NCBI GenBank assembly: GCA_009784345.1
Contig: WRBW01000001.1
Location: 32,971-96,970 of the forward strand
Length of the DNA stretch: 64,000 nt
Source of the DNA: Coriobacteriia bacterium
GTDB taxonomy: Bacteria; Actinomycetota; Coriobacteriia; WRKU01; WQUG01
Direction: 5' to 3'
The position numbers and the translations under genes are program-made. This document shows positions 46,500 to 57,200 of this stretch, one piece after another. Below the pieces are notes generated by a model. The model searched no databases. It saw only the letters and a program-made list of their open reading frames with translations, and had not been told where the DNA came from. How positions within the stretch are numbered: position 1 is the stretch's first letter; each line of letters starts with the position of its first letter.

Positions 46500-47293
46500 A
46501 ATACGTCTGCCATATCTTTGCGTAGGCGCTTATAGTTGTACACACCAAAGGCGATAGTTATTGCCAAAATTCCCAGAAATACATACACTTCGATGGGTCT
46601 CTCCCATATCCATTCGTGATAGAGGAATGTCTTTCGGTACCCGTTCACGAAAAAGGTCACTGGGTTGAATATCATGAGCTTCTTTAACCAGGGCAAGCCT
46701 AAGTCATAACTATTCCAAAGAATGCCAGAAAGCCAGAAAACGGCAGTCATCACAGATGAAATTAAGTTTTGCAAATCCCTTGAGTACACAACCCATGGCG
46801 CCAATGTCCACGTTACAGCCAGAAAGAAGATAAACATAAGGGGGAAATAGATAAAAAACTGCAAATGATAGAGAGAGGGAGTATTACCCATGGCAACCAA
46901 GTATAAGTACACGCATGCTAGAAGCATCAAATGCACTATTGCATATGAGATTGCAGAAAAAGTCATGATAGTTGATACGGGAAAATGTATCTTAGTCACA
47001 TACTGTGAGTTCTGACGAATTGTTCGAGCCCCTTGATTCAGCATGTCGCGCATGAAATACCAAGCTACAAGTCCGACCATGAGGAATTGAAAGAAGGGAA
47101 CGCCGTTTATATCTCCACCAGCACGCAGCCCAATGGTGAAAACAAACCAGAAAAGCATCAGCGTCGTAAAGGGACCTACAATTGCCCAAGCTGACCCCAA
47201 GAATGAGCCTTTGAACCTCTTTTTTATGTCGAGCCTGGCGAGCTTCCAGATTTGACCCCAAAAGCCTCTATGTTCTTGAATGATTGAGGGCAC
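46496..47293 (-). CDS. ABC-2 type exporter permease (TagG/Wzm-like)
   Basis: 265 aa, 6 TM. ATGA overlap with the ATPase gene, the classic TagGH/Wzm-Wzt arrangement. Confidence 0.75.
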   Translation of the reverse strand: MPSIIQEHRGFWGQIWKLARLDIKKRFKGSFLGSAWAIVGPFTTLMLFWFVFTIGLRAGGDINGVPFFQFLMVGLVAWYFMRDMLNQGARTIRQNSQYVTKIHFPVSTIMTFSAISYAIVHLMLLACVYLYLVAMGNTPSLYHLQFFIYFPLMFIFFLAVTWTLAPWVVYSRDLQNLISSVMTAVFWLSGILWNSYDLGLPWLKKLMIFNPVTFFVNGYRKTFLYHEWIWERPIEVYVFLGILAITIAFGVYNYKRLRKDMADVL

Positions 47294-47368
47294 TACCCAT
47301 TACCTTTCTGTCAAAACACCAGCTGACTATTATACTCTTTTCACTTTACGCTCGTTGTTTGGTTGTGG

Positions 47369-47406
47369 AGGGCGTCCATAGCTGCTGGTTTGGACGCGCT
47401 CCCCCA
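47369..47406. terminator. hairpin (GGAGGGCGTCCA..12 nt..TGGACGCGCTCCCC) at right edge of low-GC block
   Basis: A 12-bp imperfect inverted repeat downstream of the 47453 gene and upstream of the exporter operon. The stem contains the GCGTCCA core of the over-represented motif. Confidence 0.5.
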
Positions 47407-47452
47407 CGGTATTTTCATCACGCGCTCGTTGTCAGGTGCTGGCTGTTAGATG

Positions 47453-49099
47453 CTAGTTGTTCGTCATGTCGCGGCGCTTATACATAACAAAGGCTGCCAC
47501 GATAAACACCACAGCAAACGCGGCCATCGCAATGAGTGTTGGCCAGTGTATCGGGTCTTTGGTGATGTTAGGTGTCAGGCCAAAGGGCGATAGCTTGGGG
47601 ATCCAGGCGGGAATCTTTGGAAAGAGTTCGCCAAAGTAGCCCATGAAGAAGCTGAAGGCGAAATAGCCCCAGATGGCGCCCGATGCGATGCGAGGCCAGA
47701 CGGCGATCAAAAACAGTGTCGCGCCGGTAAAGAGCCACACAGCAGGCAGGTAGACGCCCATGGACTTGAAAAAGAAGCTTGCCGCAATGGGGTCTTCTTT
47801 CATGACCAGTGCTGACGCGCCCCACAGACCCAAGGCTGCCAGCAGCGGCAGTATCGTCGCCATCACCATGGCGATACCGCCGTAGGTCGCGAGAAAACTG
47901 CTGCGTGAAGTCGCGGTCCCTAGCACCAGTTCTGCGCGGCCGGATTCTTCTTCGCGCCAAGCTTTGAGCGCAATCATGATGGGGCCTGCTGCCATCATGG
48001 CAGCCATGACAACCATAATCAGTGATGCAAAAGCCTCCGTTGTAGTGTAGCCCTGCGCGGTCTCGAGGGCCGCCTGGAAGAAGGGGCTGGTCTTAATAAA
48101 ATCAGCAATGTAGTTCATGATTGAGCCATAGCTGGCGCCCAGCACCACCGCCATGTAGACCCAGGCGATGAGCGTAATGCGCAGCAGGCGCATGGCCAGA
48201 CCATAGTTCGAAGCCAGCTGTGCGTTAGCATAAGCCGGACCGGGCTTAGGCGGGATGATCCCCGCACCCAGGTCACGACGTGCATTGAGCAGGTAGGCAA
48301 GAGCAATCAGCACGACGACCTGCGCCATCAAGATAGGCAGCGGCCAGAAGTAGTTGCCCACAAAGGCCTCGACACGCAGGCACAGACCCAGCGGCGAAAT
48401 ATAGGACAGCGACCGTGCCCAGCTGTCACCCATGTGGTTGAGCATGTCACCCGCAGCACGCATCAGATAGAAGACACCCAGAATTATCCCTGAATAGGCC
48501 AGCGCCGCACGCCCCGTACTTGCCAGCTGCGCACAAATGGCAGCGATGCCGGCAAAAACCATGCCGGTCACACCACAGGCAGCCGCGTACAGGAAAGCGC
48601 CCGTGCTGGTGACGGTCGGGATACTGATGACCACAAGCCCCAGCCAGGTAATCAGGACAATCACACTATTTAACAGGAGTGCGCCCAACAGTGCCGCATT
48701 CAGCGGTGCTAGACGACCAACGGGAAGCGAGCGAATTACTTCGGCGCGCTCTGCTTCTTCGTCTGCGCGCGTGTAGCGCACCACAAAGAGGATGTTCATG
48801 AAGCACACCGCAAGCACCGTAAAGAGCAGCATTTCGCCTGAAATGAGTGAACCTACGGTGTAGTTGTGCGGGTCAAACACCGGTCCTACCAGCGCAATCA
48901 TGGCAGGATTTTGCAACATGGGCACCATGGCCTGCAGCGTTTGCGCGTCTGTTCCATAGATGTTGTGTATGGCCATGGGCACCGCTGTCGCAAAGACCAG
49001 CAGTCCAATCAGCCAGGTCAGACTGCTACCACGGTCACGACGCAAGAAGAACTGGGTCAGGCGCAGGCTGCCAGTGGAATTAAGCAACAGATTCTGCAT
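47453..49099 (-). CDS. ABC-2 family exporter permease (large, about 10-12 TM)
   Basis: Polytopic. Start chosen at MQNLLL (GGAGG about 9 nt upstream); the ORF-track start at 49153 is an alternative. Overlaps the upstream ATPase gene. Confidence 0.6.
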   Translation of the reverse strand: MQNLLLNSTGSLRLTQFFLRRDRGSSLTWLIGLLVFATAVPMAIHNIYGTDAQTLQAMVPMLQNPAMIALVGPVFDPHNYTVGSLISGEMLLFTVLAVCFMNILFVVRYTRADEEAERAEVIRSLPVGRLAPLNAALLGALLLNSVIVLITWLGLVVISIPTVTSTGAFLYAAACGVTGMVFAGIAAICAQLASTGRAALAYSGIILGVFYLMRAAGDMLNHMGDSWARSLSYISPLGLCLRVEAFVGNYFWPLPILMAQVVVLIALAYLLNARRDLGAGIIPPKPGPAYANAQLASNYGLAMRLLRITLIAWVYMAVVLGASYGSIMNYIADFIKTSPFFQAALETAQGYTTTEAFASLIMVVMAAMMAAGPIMIALKAWREEESGRAELVLGTATSRSSFLATYGGIAMVMATILPLLAALGLWGASALVMKEDPIAASFFFKSMGVYLPAVWLFTGATLFLIAVWPRIASGAIWGYFAFSFFMGYFGELFPKIPAWIPKLSPFGLTPNITKDPIHWPTLIAMAAFAVVFIVAAFVMYKRRDMTNN

Positions 49100-50078
49100 A
49101 GCGCTTTGCCTCCGCTTCCATCTCTGCGATGGCAGCTTCAGTTTCGGCGCCATCTTTGACCAGCAAGCCCTGTCTAATCACCGCGACACGATCTGCGAGG
49201 TCGCGGACCTCTTGCATAATGTGACTGGAAAGAAAGATCGTCTTTCCTGCCTGCTTTTCACCGCGAATGCATTCCTGAAAGACTTGCTCCATGATGGGGT
49301 CAAGTCCGCTGGTGGGCTCATCCAGCAGATACAAGTCAACGTCACTGGCAAAGGCAGATATCAGCACGACCTTCTGGCGATTACCCTTCGAGTAGGTACG
49401 ACACTGCTTTGTGGGGTCCAGTTCGAATTTTTCAATCAGCTCATTGCGGCGTTTGCGCACCTGACTTGACTGAGCCTTGCCACCGCGCAGGCTGACAAAG
49501 AGGTCAATGACCTCGCCGCCGGTAAGATTAGGCCACAAGTTCACATCACCCGGCACATAGGCAAGACTGCGATGAATCTTGACGGGGTCCTTCCAGGCAT
49601 CAAGCCCAAAGACCTTTGCCTCGCCACTGGTAGCTTTCAGCAGCCCCAGCAGCGTGCGAATGGTTGTCGACTTACCTGCACCGTTATTGCCAATGAAGCC
49701 AAAGACTTCACCCTGATGAACTGAAAAGCTGATGCCGCCTAAGGCAACGACACTGCCAAAATGCTTTACCAGATTGTTGACCTCAATGACGGCTGATCCA
49801 CTGGGAACCTGGGGCTTTTTCGCCTGTTCTTTGGCAGCGATTGCTGCAGCTTTTTCGGGGTGCTTTGCTTCGAAGCGCTCTTCGCGGGCTTCATGTTTTG
49901 CCTCGCGCGCGTCTTCTGCTGCAGCGACTTTTGCCTCATGTTTTTGTTCGTGTGCGGCTACTTTATCCGCCTGCTTTTCAAAGAAACTTTCCTTTGCATC
50001 AGCGCCAACTCCTGTTGCGGCTGCGGCTGCGGCTGGCTCGCTTGCTTCTGTCTGCTTCTTGTCCTTGTGATGTGGCAT
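49080..50078 (-). CDS. ABC transporter ATP-binding protein with about 85-aa Ala/Glu/Lys-rich N-terminal extension
   Basis: Walker [10 protein letters not shown] and [10 protein letters not shown]. The N-terminal low-complexity region is encoded by GC-rich near-repeats (GCGGCTGCGGCTGCGG). Confidence 0.75.
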   Translation of the reverse strand: MPHHKDKKQTEASEPAAAAAATGVGADAKESFFEKQADKVAAHEQKHEAKVAAAEDAREAKHEAREERFEAKHPEKAAAIAAKEQAKKPQVPSGSAVIEVNNLVKHFGSVVALGGISFSVHQGEVFGFIGNNGAGKSTTIRTLLGLLKATSGEAKVFGLDAWKDPVKIHRSLAYVPGDVNLWPNLTGGEVIDLFVSLRGGKAQSSQVRKRRNELIEKFELDPTKQCRTYSKGNRQKVVLISAFASDVDLYLLDEPTSGLDPIMEQVFQECIRGEKQAGKTIFLSSHIMQEVRDLADRVAVIRQGLLVKDGAETEAAIAEMEAEAKRYAESVA

Positions 50079-50196
50079 GACTAAAGTCCCCCTTTTTCAC
50101 GGCAGTCCTCGGTATTGTTGTCTCGCGTACCCTTCACCCTGGCAAACACAAAAAGTTCATAACTCTATCATTTTACCACCATGTTAGAATACCTGC

Positions 50197-50928
50197 ATGA
50201 GTAAACAGGCTGCAAAGATACATAAAATGCGCGAAAAAGAACTGGGATTTCCCTTTCCTGCCGCGACCAGCCGCATCGGTCCAGTCACGCAAGAGCGCGC
50301 CCGCGCGGTCGCCCGCAGACTCGAGGCTGCCTACCCCGGCGACCCGACGCCCTTTTTGCACTTCGCCACGCCCTACCAGTGCGTAGTTGCCGTCGCGCTT
50401 TCGGCGCAAACGACGGACAACAACGTCAATAAGGTGCTGCCGGAACTCTTCGAGCGCTGGCCGGACTGCGCGACCCTGGCACGCGCCGATCAAGAAGAGC
50501 TGGAGGAGTGCGTCCATTCACTGGGATTTTACCGGCAAAAGGCGCGCAACCTCAGAAAGATGGCAGCAATCTGTGTTGAAGACTTCGGCGGGCTCATTCC
50601 GGATTCGATGGTCGAACTCCTCCGCCTACCCGGGGTAGCACGCAAGACTGCCAATATTGTGCTCTCTGAAAGCTTTGGTATTGTGCAGGGCATCGCGGTT
50701 GACACGCATGTGTATCGTGTCTCGACGCGTCTTGGGCTGACCCATGCAAAGACGCCCGAAAAGTGTGAAGGCGACCTTTTGAAGGCTTTTGACTATGCTG
50801 ATTGGCGCCGCATTAATCACGACATGATAAGCCTGGGGCGGGCGATATGCGATGCACGAAAGCCCCTGTGCGGGCGCTGTCCGCTGGCTGAGCTTTGCCC
50901 CAGTTATGAAAAATTCAAAAGAAGTTAG
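50197..50928 (+). CDS. nth: endonuclease III (DNA glycosylase/AP lyase)
   Basis: HhH-GPD motif LPGVARKTANIVL and the [4Fe-4S] cysteine ligands CDARKPLCGRCPLAELC; the alignment with E. coli Nth was done from memory. Confidence 0.85.
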   Translation: MSKQAAKIHKMREKELGFPFPAATSRIGPVTQERARAVARRLEAAYPGDPTPFLHFATPYQCVVAVALSAQTTDNNVNKVLPELFERWPDCATLARADQEELEECVHSLGFYRQKARNLRKMAAICVEDFGGLIPDSMVELLRLPGVARKTANIVLSESFGIVQGIAVDTHVYRVSTRLGLTHAKTPEKCEGDLLKAFDYADWRRINHDMISLGRAICDARKPLCGRCPLAELCPSYEKFKRS

Positions 50929-51043
50929 CACAAGGCGGGGCTCATGCACCATAATTGAGCGATAAGACCGCTGTCAGACAGAACATGAGTCAGGCAGCAA
51001 CACATCGGCACACCTTAATCCACCATGAGCGACAGGACAGACC

Positions 51044-53974
51044 ATGACCCGCTGGTACCAGCTCGACCGCACCGAAGCATTGACGAAAATAGGCAGCGAT
51101 GCCACGACCGGGCTGTCCAGCGATGAGGCCCGTCGCAGGCTGGAAAAGTACGGCCCGAACCAGCTTAATGAGGCTCCGGCTACCCCGCTGTGGAAGGTCT
51201 TTGTGCTGCAATTCAAGGACTTTTTGATCTACATTTTGCTGGCAGCCGTCCTGATTGCCGCCCTGCAAGGCCAAATCATCGAGGCCATTGCGATTCTGAT
51301 AATCCTCATAGTCAACGGCATCCTAGGCTTTGTGCAAGAGTACCGCAGCGGCAAGGCCCTCGAAGCCCTGAAGCAAATGGCAGCGCCCATGGCCTATGTC
51401 ATGCGCGACGGCAGGCAGCAGCATCTGCTGTCAAGCCAGCTGGTGCCCGGCGACATCGTCATGCTCGAGGCCGGCAATACCGTGCCTGCCGACGGCCGCC
51501 TCATTGATGCCGCTGCCCTGCAGATTAATGAGTCCGCCCTGACCGGCGAAAGCGAACAGGTCCGCAAGACCGCTGACACCCTGACAGGCGACCACGACAT
51601 CCTGGGCGACCAGGAAAGCATGGTCTTTGCTTCAACGACGGTCAGTGCTGGACGGGGCACCCTTGTCGTGACCAGCACCGGCCAGTCAACAGAAATGGGC
51701 AAAATCGCCACCCTGCTGGACAGTACCCAGCAAGGCGACTCGCCGCTGCAAATAGAAATCGAGCGCACTGGCAAGCACATCGGCATCGCCATACTGGTCA
51801 TCGCGGCAATCATCTTTGTCCAGGGCATCCTCGCCGGCAGCCTGCCCCTGCTGACCGATGCCAGCAGCAGCCTGAGCCTGGGCCAACTGCTGGCAGACCC
51901 CGGCTTTCGCGCCATTTTGACCTCGACGATGCTCGTCGCCATCGCGCTCGCCGTCGCCGCGATTCCTGAAGGCCTGCCCGCCATCGTCACCGTCACCCTG
52001 TCACTGGGGGTCAGACGCATGGCCGCGCGCCACGCCATCATGAAGCGCCTCCACGCCGTCGAAACCCTGGGCTCGACGACCTACATTTGCAGCGACAAAA
52101 CCGGCACGCTGACCCAAAATGTCATGACCGTCAAGCGCCTGGTCCTGGGCACCCAAGTCCTGCGCGTCCACGGAAGCGAACTGGGCGTCTTGCCCCGCGC
52201 GAGTGAACTGACAGAGGCCGCCTCCACAAAAGCGGAGGAGTGCGTCCACACCAGCAGCCCCTGTTCGCCCGTGCAGGAACTGCTTGACGCTCGCATCGTC
52301 AATGAAGCTGCGCTGAAAACACTGCTTTCGATAGCTAGCTCCTGCAACGACGCGCACTACACGGCTGGCGGTGAACTGGTAGGTGACCCCACAGAAACAG
52401 CACTGGTCGCTTGCGTTCGCGACCTGATGCCTGATCTGCAATCGCAGCTGCCGCCGCGCGTGTCAGAAATCCCCTTTGACAGTGACCGCAAACGCATGTC
52501 GGTCATCTTAGATGACTCCAGCGCGGGCCTTCCCCGCTATATTACCTTTGCCAAAGGCGGCTTTGACACCCTCATCCCCTGCTGTACGCATGCTCTCGTC
52601 GACGGTCACATCGTCGCCTTAGACGATGCTCTGCTTGCCCAGCTGAGCGCAGAAAACGAGCGCTTTGCCAGCGAAGGGCTGCGCACGCTCGCCTTCGCCC
52701 TGCGCGAAGACACAGCACTGCCACAGCGCGACGATGACGTCGCGGGCATCGAGTCACGCCTGATTTACGTTGGCATGATGGCCTCGCAAGACCCGCCCCG
52801 CCCCGAAGTCCCCGCAGCGGTACGCACCGCGCAGGAGGCCGGAATTAAGGTCTGCATGATCACCGGTGACCACATCCTGACAGCTAGCGCCATCGCCCGC
52901 GAGGTCGGCATCCTGACTGATGACATGATGGCTGACGGACGCAAGCACAGTATGACGGGTAGCGAAATCGAAGCCTTAAGCGATGACGAACTGGCAGACA
53001 TCGCCTGCGACATTCGGGTCTATGCCCGCGTCAACCCGGAGCATAAAATTCGCATCGTGTCAGCCCTGAAAGCTCGCGGCCAGGTCGTTGCCATGACGGG
53101 CGACGGCGTCAACGATGCACCCGCCCTGAAGCGTGCAGACATCGGCGTCGCCATGGGGGTTGTGGGTACCGATGTAACCCGCGAAGCCGCAGACATGGTG
53201 CTGTCCGACGACAACTTCAGCACCATCGTTGCCGCCGTCGAAGAAGGCCGCACCGTCTTTGCCAATCTAAAGAAAGTCATCATCTACCTGATGGCATCGA
53301 ACTCGTCTGAAGTCATGGTGGTCGCCCTGATCGCGCTCTTTGGAAGCTCGCTTGCCGCCCTCCTTGCCGGCGCTGGTTCAACCGTTGCCGTCGCAAACCT
53401 GCTGCCCCTGCAATTGCTGTGGATCAACCTCATGACTGATGGCTTCCCCGCCCTTGCTCTGGGCGTCGACCCCGCCGAGCGCGACGTCATGGCCCGCCGC
53501 CCCCGTAACGCCCGCAAGCCCATCCTGAGCCGCCAACGCTGGACACAAATCCTGGCCCAGGGCCTGGTGCTGACCGTCGCCGCCCTGCTGACCACCTTTG
53601 TCGTGGCGCCGTGGATGGGGGGCTTACTCCGCCCCGAAATGCCCTCGCTGGCAGACGGCGAAGCCCTGACGCGCACCATCTTGCTGATGAGCATCGCCTT
53701 CAGTCAAATGTTTTTCATCTTCATATACCGCAGCGAAAGCTACAGCGTTTTCTCGCGCGATAGCTTCAGCAATAAGTGGCTGAACGCGACCTTCGTCTTT
53801 ACGGCGCTGGCGCAATTCGTGGTGATTTACGTGCCGGCCTTTGCAAGTGTCTTTGGCTTCGTGCCCTTGAATGTGGCGGAGTGGCTGTCCATTCTGGTCA
53901 TGTCTCTGCTGGCGCTGGCCGCTGCCGATGCCATCGGGATTTTCGCGAGTAAACGTCTTCGTGCCATCGAGTAA
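51044..53974 (+). CDS. calcium-translocating P-type ATPase (P2A/SERCA-PMR1-like)
   Basis: CSDKTGTLTQN, TGDHILTA, GDGVNDAPALKRADIGVAMG, 10 TM; 976 aa. Confidence 0.85.
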   Translation: MTRWYQLDRTEALTKIGSDATTGLSSDEARRRLEKYGPNQLNEAPATPLWKVFVLQFKDFLIYILLAAVLIAALQGQIIEAIAILIILIVNGILGFVQEYRSGKALEALKQMAAPMAYVMRDGRQQHLLSSQLVPGDIVMLEAGNTVPADGRLIDAAALQINESALTGESEQVRKTADTLTGDHDILGDQESMVFASTTVSAGRGTLVVTSTGQSTEMGKIATLLDSTQQGDSPLQIEIERTGKHIGIAILVIAAIIFVQGILAGSLPLLTDASSSLSLGQLLADPGFRAILTSTMLVAIALAVAAIPEGLPAIVTVTLSLGVRRMAARHAIMKRLHAVETLGSTTYICSDKTGTLTQNVMTVKRLVLGTQVLRVHGSELGVLPRASELTEAASTKAEECVHTSSPCSPVQELLDARIVNEAALKTLLSIASSCNDAHYTAGGELVGDPTETALVACVRDLMPDLQSQLPPRVSEIPFDSDRKRMSVILDDSSAGLPRYITFAKGGFDTLIPCCTHALVDGHIVALDDALLAQLSAENERFASEGLRTLAFALREDTALPQRDDDVAGIESRLIYVGMMASQDPPRPEVPAAVRTAQEAGIKVCMITGDHILTASAIAREVGILTDDMMADGRKHSMTGSEIEALSDDELADIACDIRVYARVNPEHKIRIVSALKARGQVVAMTGDGVNDAPALKRADIGVAMGVVGTDVTREAADMVLSDDNFSTIVAAVEEGRTVFANLKKVIIYLMASNSSEVMVVALIALFGSSLAALLAGAGSTVAVANLLPLQLLWINLMTDGFPALALGVDPAERDVMARRPRNARKPILSRQRWTQILAQGLVLTVAALLTTFVVAPWMGGLLRPEMPSLADGEALTRTILLMSIAFSQMFFIFIYRSESYSVFSRDSFSNKWLNATFVFTALAQFVVIYVPAFASVFGFVPLNVAEWLSILVMSLLALAAADAIGIFASKRLRAIE

Positions 53975-54226
53975 ATTCCGACCGCAACGACCTGCCTTCA
54001 GACCGCTCTTCCAGCTGGTCTGGGCTCATCTGGGCTCGCCCGGAGCTTTCTAGGGCTGCGGATTTAAGCGTGGCATTATTGGATAATTCTGCATGCCAAA
54101 AAAGGATACCCTGCAGTAACTACCGCTATATCCCCATTTTGAATATATGCCAATTATGCTTACGCTGTCGTTCTATGCATTGCAACAATCTATCCGTAAC
54201 TGGGCCGCCAGGTCAGGAAAGCAACG

Positions 54227-57200
54227 ATGGATATTCAGGATGTGGTTTCTTCTAGTACTTCTGCCCGGATTATCACAGGTCTCGGGATTCCAGCGCTGAC
54301 AATTATTATCAGCCTTCTCATAATCTTTAGTGTGGCAAACTTTTCTGCCAATGCCGTGGGTGAAGCAAACATTACGGCCATCGAGGCAACACCGACAGCA
54401 TCTCACATGGCGGCAGGATCAGCCGCCCTTGACCTCGTAGATGTGCCTGACCTTCTGGCTACTGCAGACCCAGCAGCCTCAGCCCCAGACCCAGCAGCCT
54501 CAACAGACGACGGCGACCTCGCTCTCATCACCCCCGGCGAGGGCCCGCGGGTACGCCAGGCAACAAGAGGAATCGATGCGCCTTTAGGTGGAAACACCCT
54601 GCAGGCAGGTGACACAACGCGCCTGGTTGTCATGGCAGTAGTTGGCGACCCGGCTGAAGGCTACTATGAGTCCTATCCGGCCAGCCATGCAGGCGTCAAC
54701 AGTGCTCTTACTGACCTGCACCAAAGCGGCGACCCCAGCAGCAGCTACGTCATGTATGTGGGTGCAAACATCACCGGAATTCCTGTTGCACGCTATGCCA
54801 ACACAGAGGCACCCGGAACCTTTTCAGGTCTTGCTGGGCGCATCCACACTTTGGTGATTACCGGCAATGCGCAAGACCCCATAAACACCGCAGCAGCACT
54901 GAATGCTGCTCCTACAGAACGTCGTCAGTTTACCCGCGGTGATGGGGACAGCTGGTTTGGCTCTCACATCATCTTGCGCAATGTGCAGCACAGATTGGGC
55001 AGTAATGTCTACATGAAGGGTCATAACCTGACCCTGGGCGGAAGCTCCTGGCAAACAGCTGCTACTAATTACTTTGGCGGTAGCAACACAGGCAACATCA
55101 CCTCGCGCGAGGGAACGACGACGCTCACGGTCTATTCAACCGGCACGGGTGATTCGAACTTTTTTGGCGGTATGAATGCGGGAACCTTCACCGGTAATAC
55201 CGCAATTGTCATCAGGGGTTCAAGCGGCAACGCCATCATGACGCGTGGCGGCGGAAGCGGTACCGATGGTGCACGCGCCCATGTCATGGGCAACGTATCA
55301 ACGACAATCACGGGTCTCGATACACGCACCTGGGGACTTTCAAGCTTCCTGGGTGGTGTCCACTACGGCAACATTAGCGGGCAGATCACGAACCATATTT
55401 CGGGACCTGGACGTTTTGTGTGGACTGGAGGATCTACCAGCGGTGACGTAGGAGGGGGCCACTATGTCGGCGGATCCCGCACCGGCAGCGTAGGTGGCGC
55501 AGATACCATTGCAGCTCCCATCAAAACTGATGGTCTTGATATGGACTACTCCCCCCTTTTAGACAACACAAATTACGCCATCTTCAACGATATCGACACG
55601 TCGGCCTATACCAACGGACGCAAATACTTCATTGGTGCCAACACAGCTGCAGGCACCATCACAGGCAATGTTATTAATGTAGTAAAGGCCGGCACGGTGA
55701 ACGCAGGTGGGCTTACGGGTCTCCAGGCTCTGGGCGGCATTGGCACAACTATAAACAATACCTGGCCCAGCGCCCTGTCTGGCTCGACCAGCACCGGACG
55801 CGTCACCGGTATTGAGCGTGCGCGTGAACTTGCTGAATCGCAGGCAGGATTTCGTGTCTATGGTAACGCGGTGACCGTTGTGCGCGCGGGTCATATTACG
55901 GCCGGTGGCGATATTAATTATTATCGCGGTGCAGGCTATGGTGGCTATATCGAAGGCGACATTTATTCTGCCATCGGGACAGAAGGCCTGGTCTATCAGA
56001 CGACCCTCAACACCTATCAATACCGCGTCAACCCGAATGCCGGCATATCCCAGGGTTACTCGACCACCTTTGATCTGGTGGGTGGTGGCGGTCGCGAAGG
56101 CTGGAATGACAGCACCTTCATCGCAGGCGATACTCATATCGTCCTGAAGGAAGTGCGCGCCCGCTGGACTTACGGCTCAAGCTTTGGGGGTGTGCTACAG
56201 GGTGACAGCCTGATAGAGCTCCACGCGGGCGTTGTTGACACCCTCGAAGGCGCCGGGTATTTAACCTATGTGCACGTGGGCGACAGCCGCGCAGAGGTTC
56301 ACGGTGGTCAGGTCGAGTGGTTTCTTTCTGGCGGCGGCTGGAACGACCACTGGCATGACGGCAATGTCAGCGTCGAGGTCTTTGACGGCCCGCCCCCAAA
56401 CACGCCCATCATTAACGCATCTATGGGCGGAACTTATGGCAATTCGACAGCTCACTATACCAGCGGGGATTCGACCATGGTGATTCGCGGCGGCGACTTT
56501 AGCGGAGTGCCCAGGAGGGGACCTTCCGGGTTTTCCAGTGGGCCAACCAATGCCGGCTACATCTTTGGCAATGCATCTATGACCCTTGATTTACGGGGCA
56601 ACCAGCACGGCTTTAAAACCTCTGCGGCTAATGCCGTGTCTGCGGGCAGATCCACCGTAGCAAGTGGAGACAGCTACCTGGGCTTTAACCACAATAATAC
56701 GATTGAGCTCAACATCTTCACTGATGACGATGGCGGCGACCTTCTAAGCCGCATGAACATCTACGGGGATGCATCTGCAAGTGGCGTACATGACCGGACG
56801 CGCTCTGGCCACATCACCATGAACATCAATGCACCGGGCTCGACCATCGGTAACCTCTATGCGACCAGCTACGTCAACCTAACGGGAACGGCCACGAGTC
56901 GCATGCTGTGGCGCAATGTTGAAATGAACCTGGTATCTGCAGCAAATATCGAAGGACTATCTGCGGGCAACGGATTTACCGACACAGGGGCAGGTGCTGA
57001 TACCAATACGCTGCGCAGTGATGTGGCGCAGCGCAGCATTGCTGCGGGCAGACAGGCCATCATCAAGGTGGGCCCCCACACTGACGACCCCGCCCACCCC
57101 CTGGGCGAGCGCGAAACGACGGTGCCAGAAAATGGACGCCCTCGCGTCATTAATGTCGCCGGCGTCGGCATCACCGGATTTACGCGGATGGATATCACGC

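Noticed and set aside
49732-50084. Four overlapping plus-strand ORFs (49732..50070, 49841..50080, 49860..50084, 49080-region)
   Set aside because: They are artefacts of the GC-rich quasi-repeat encoding the Ala/Glu/Lys-rich N-terminus of the minus-strand ABC ATPase.
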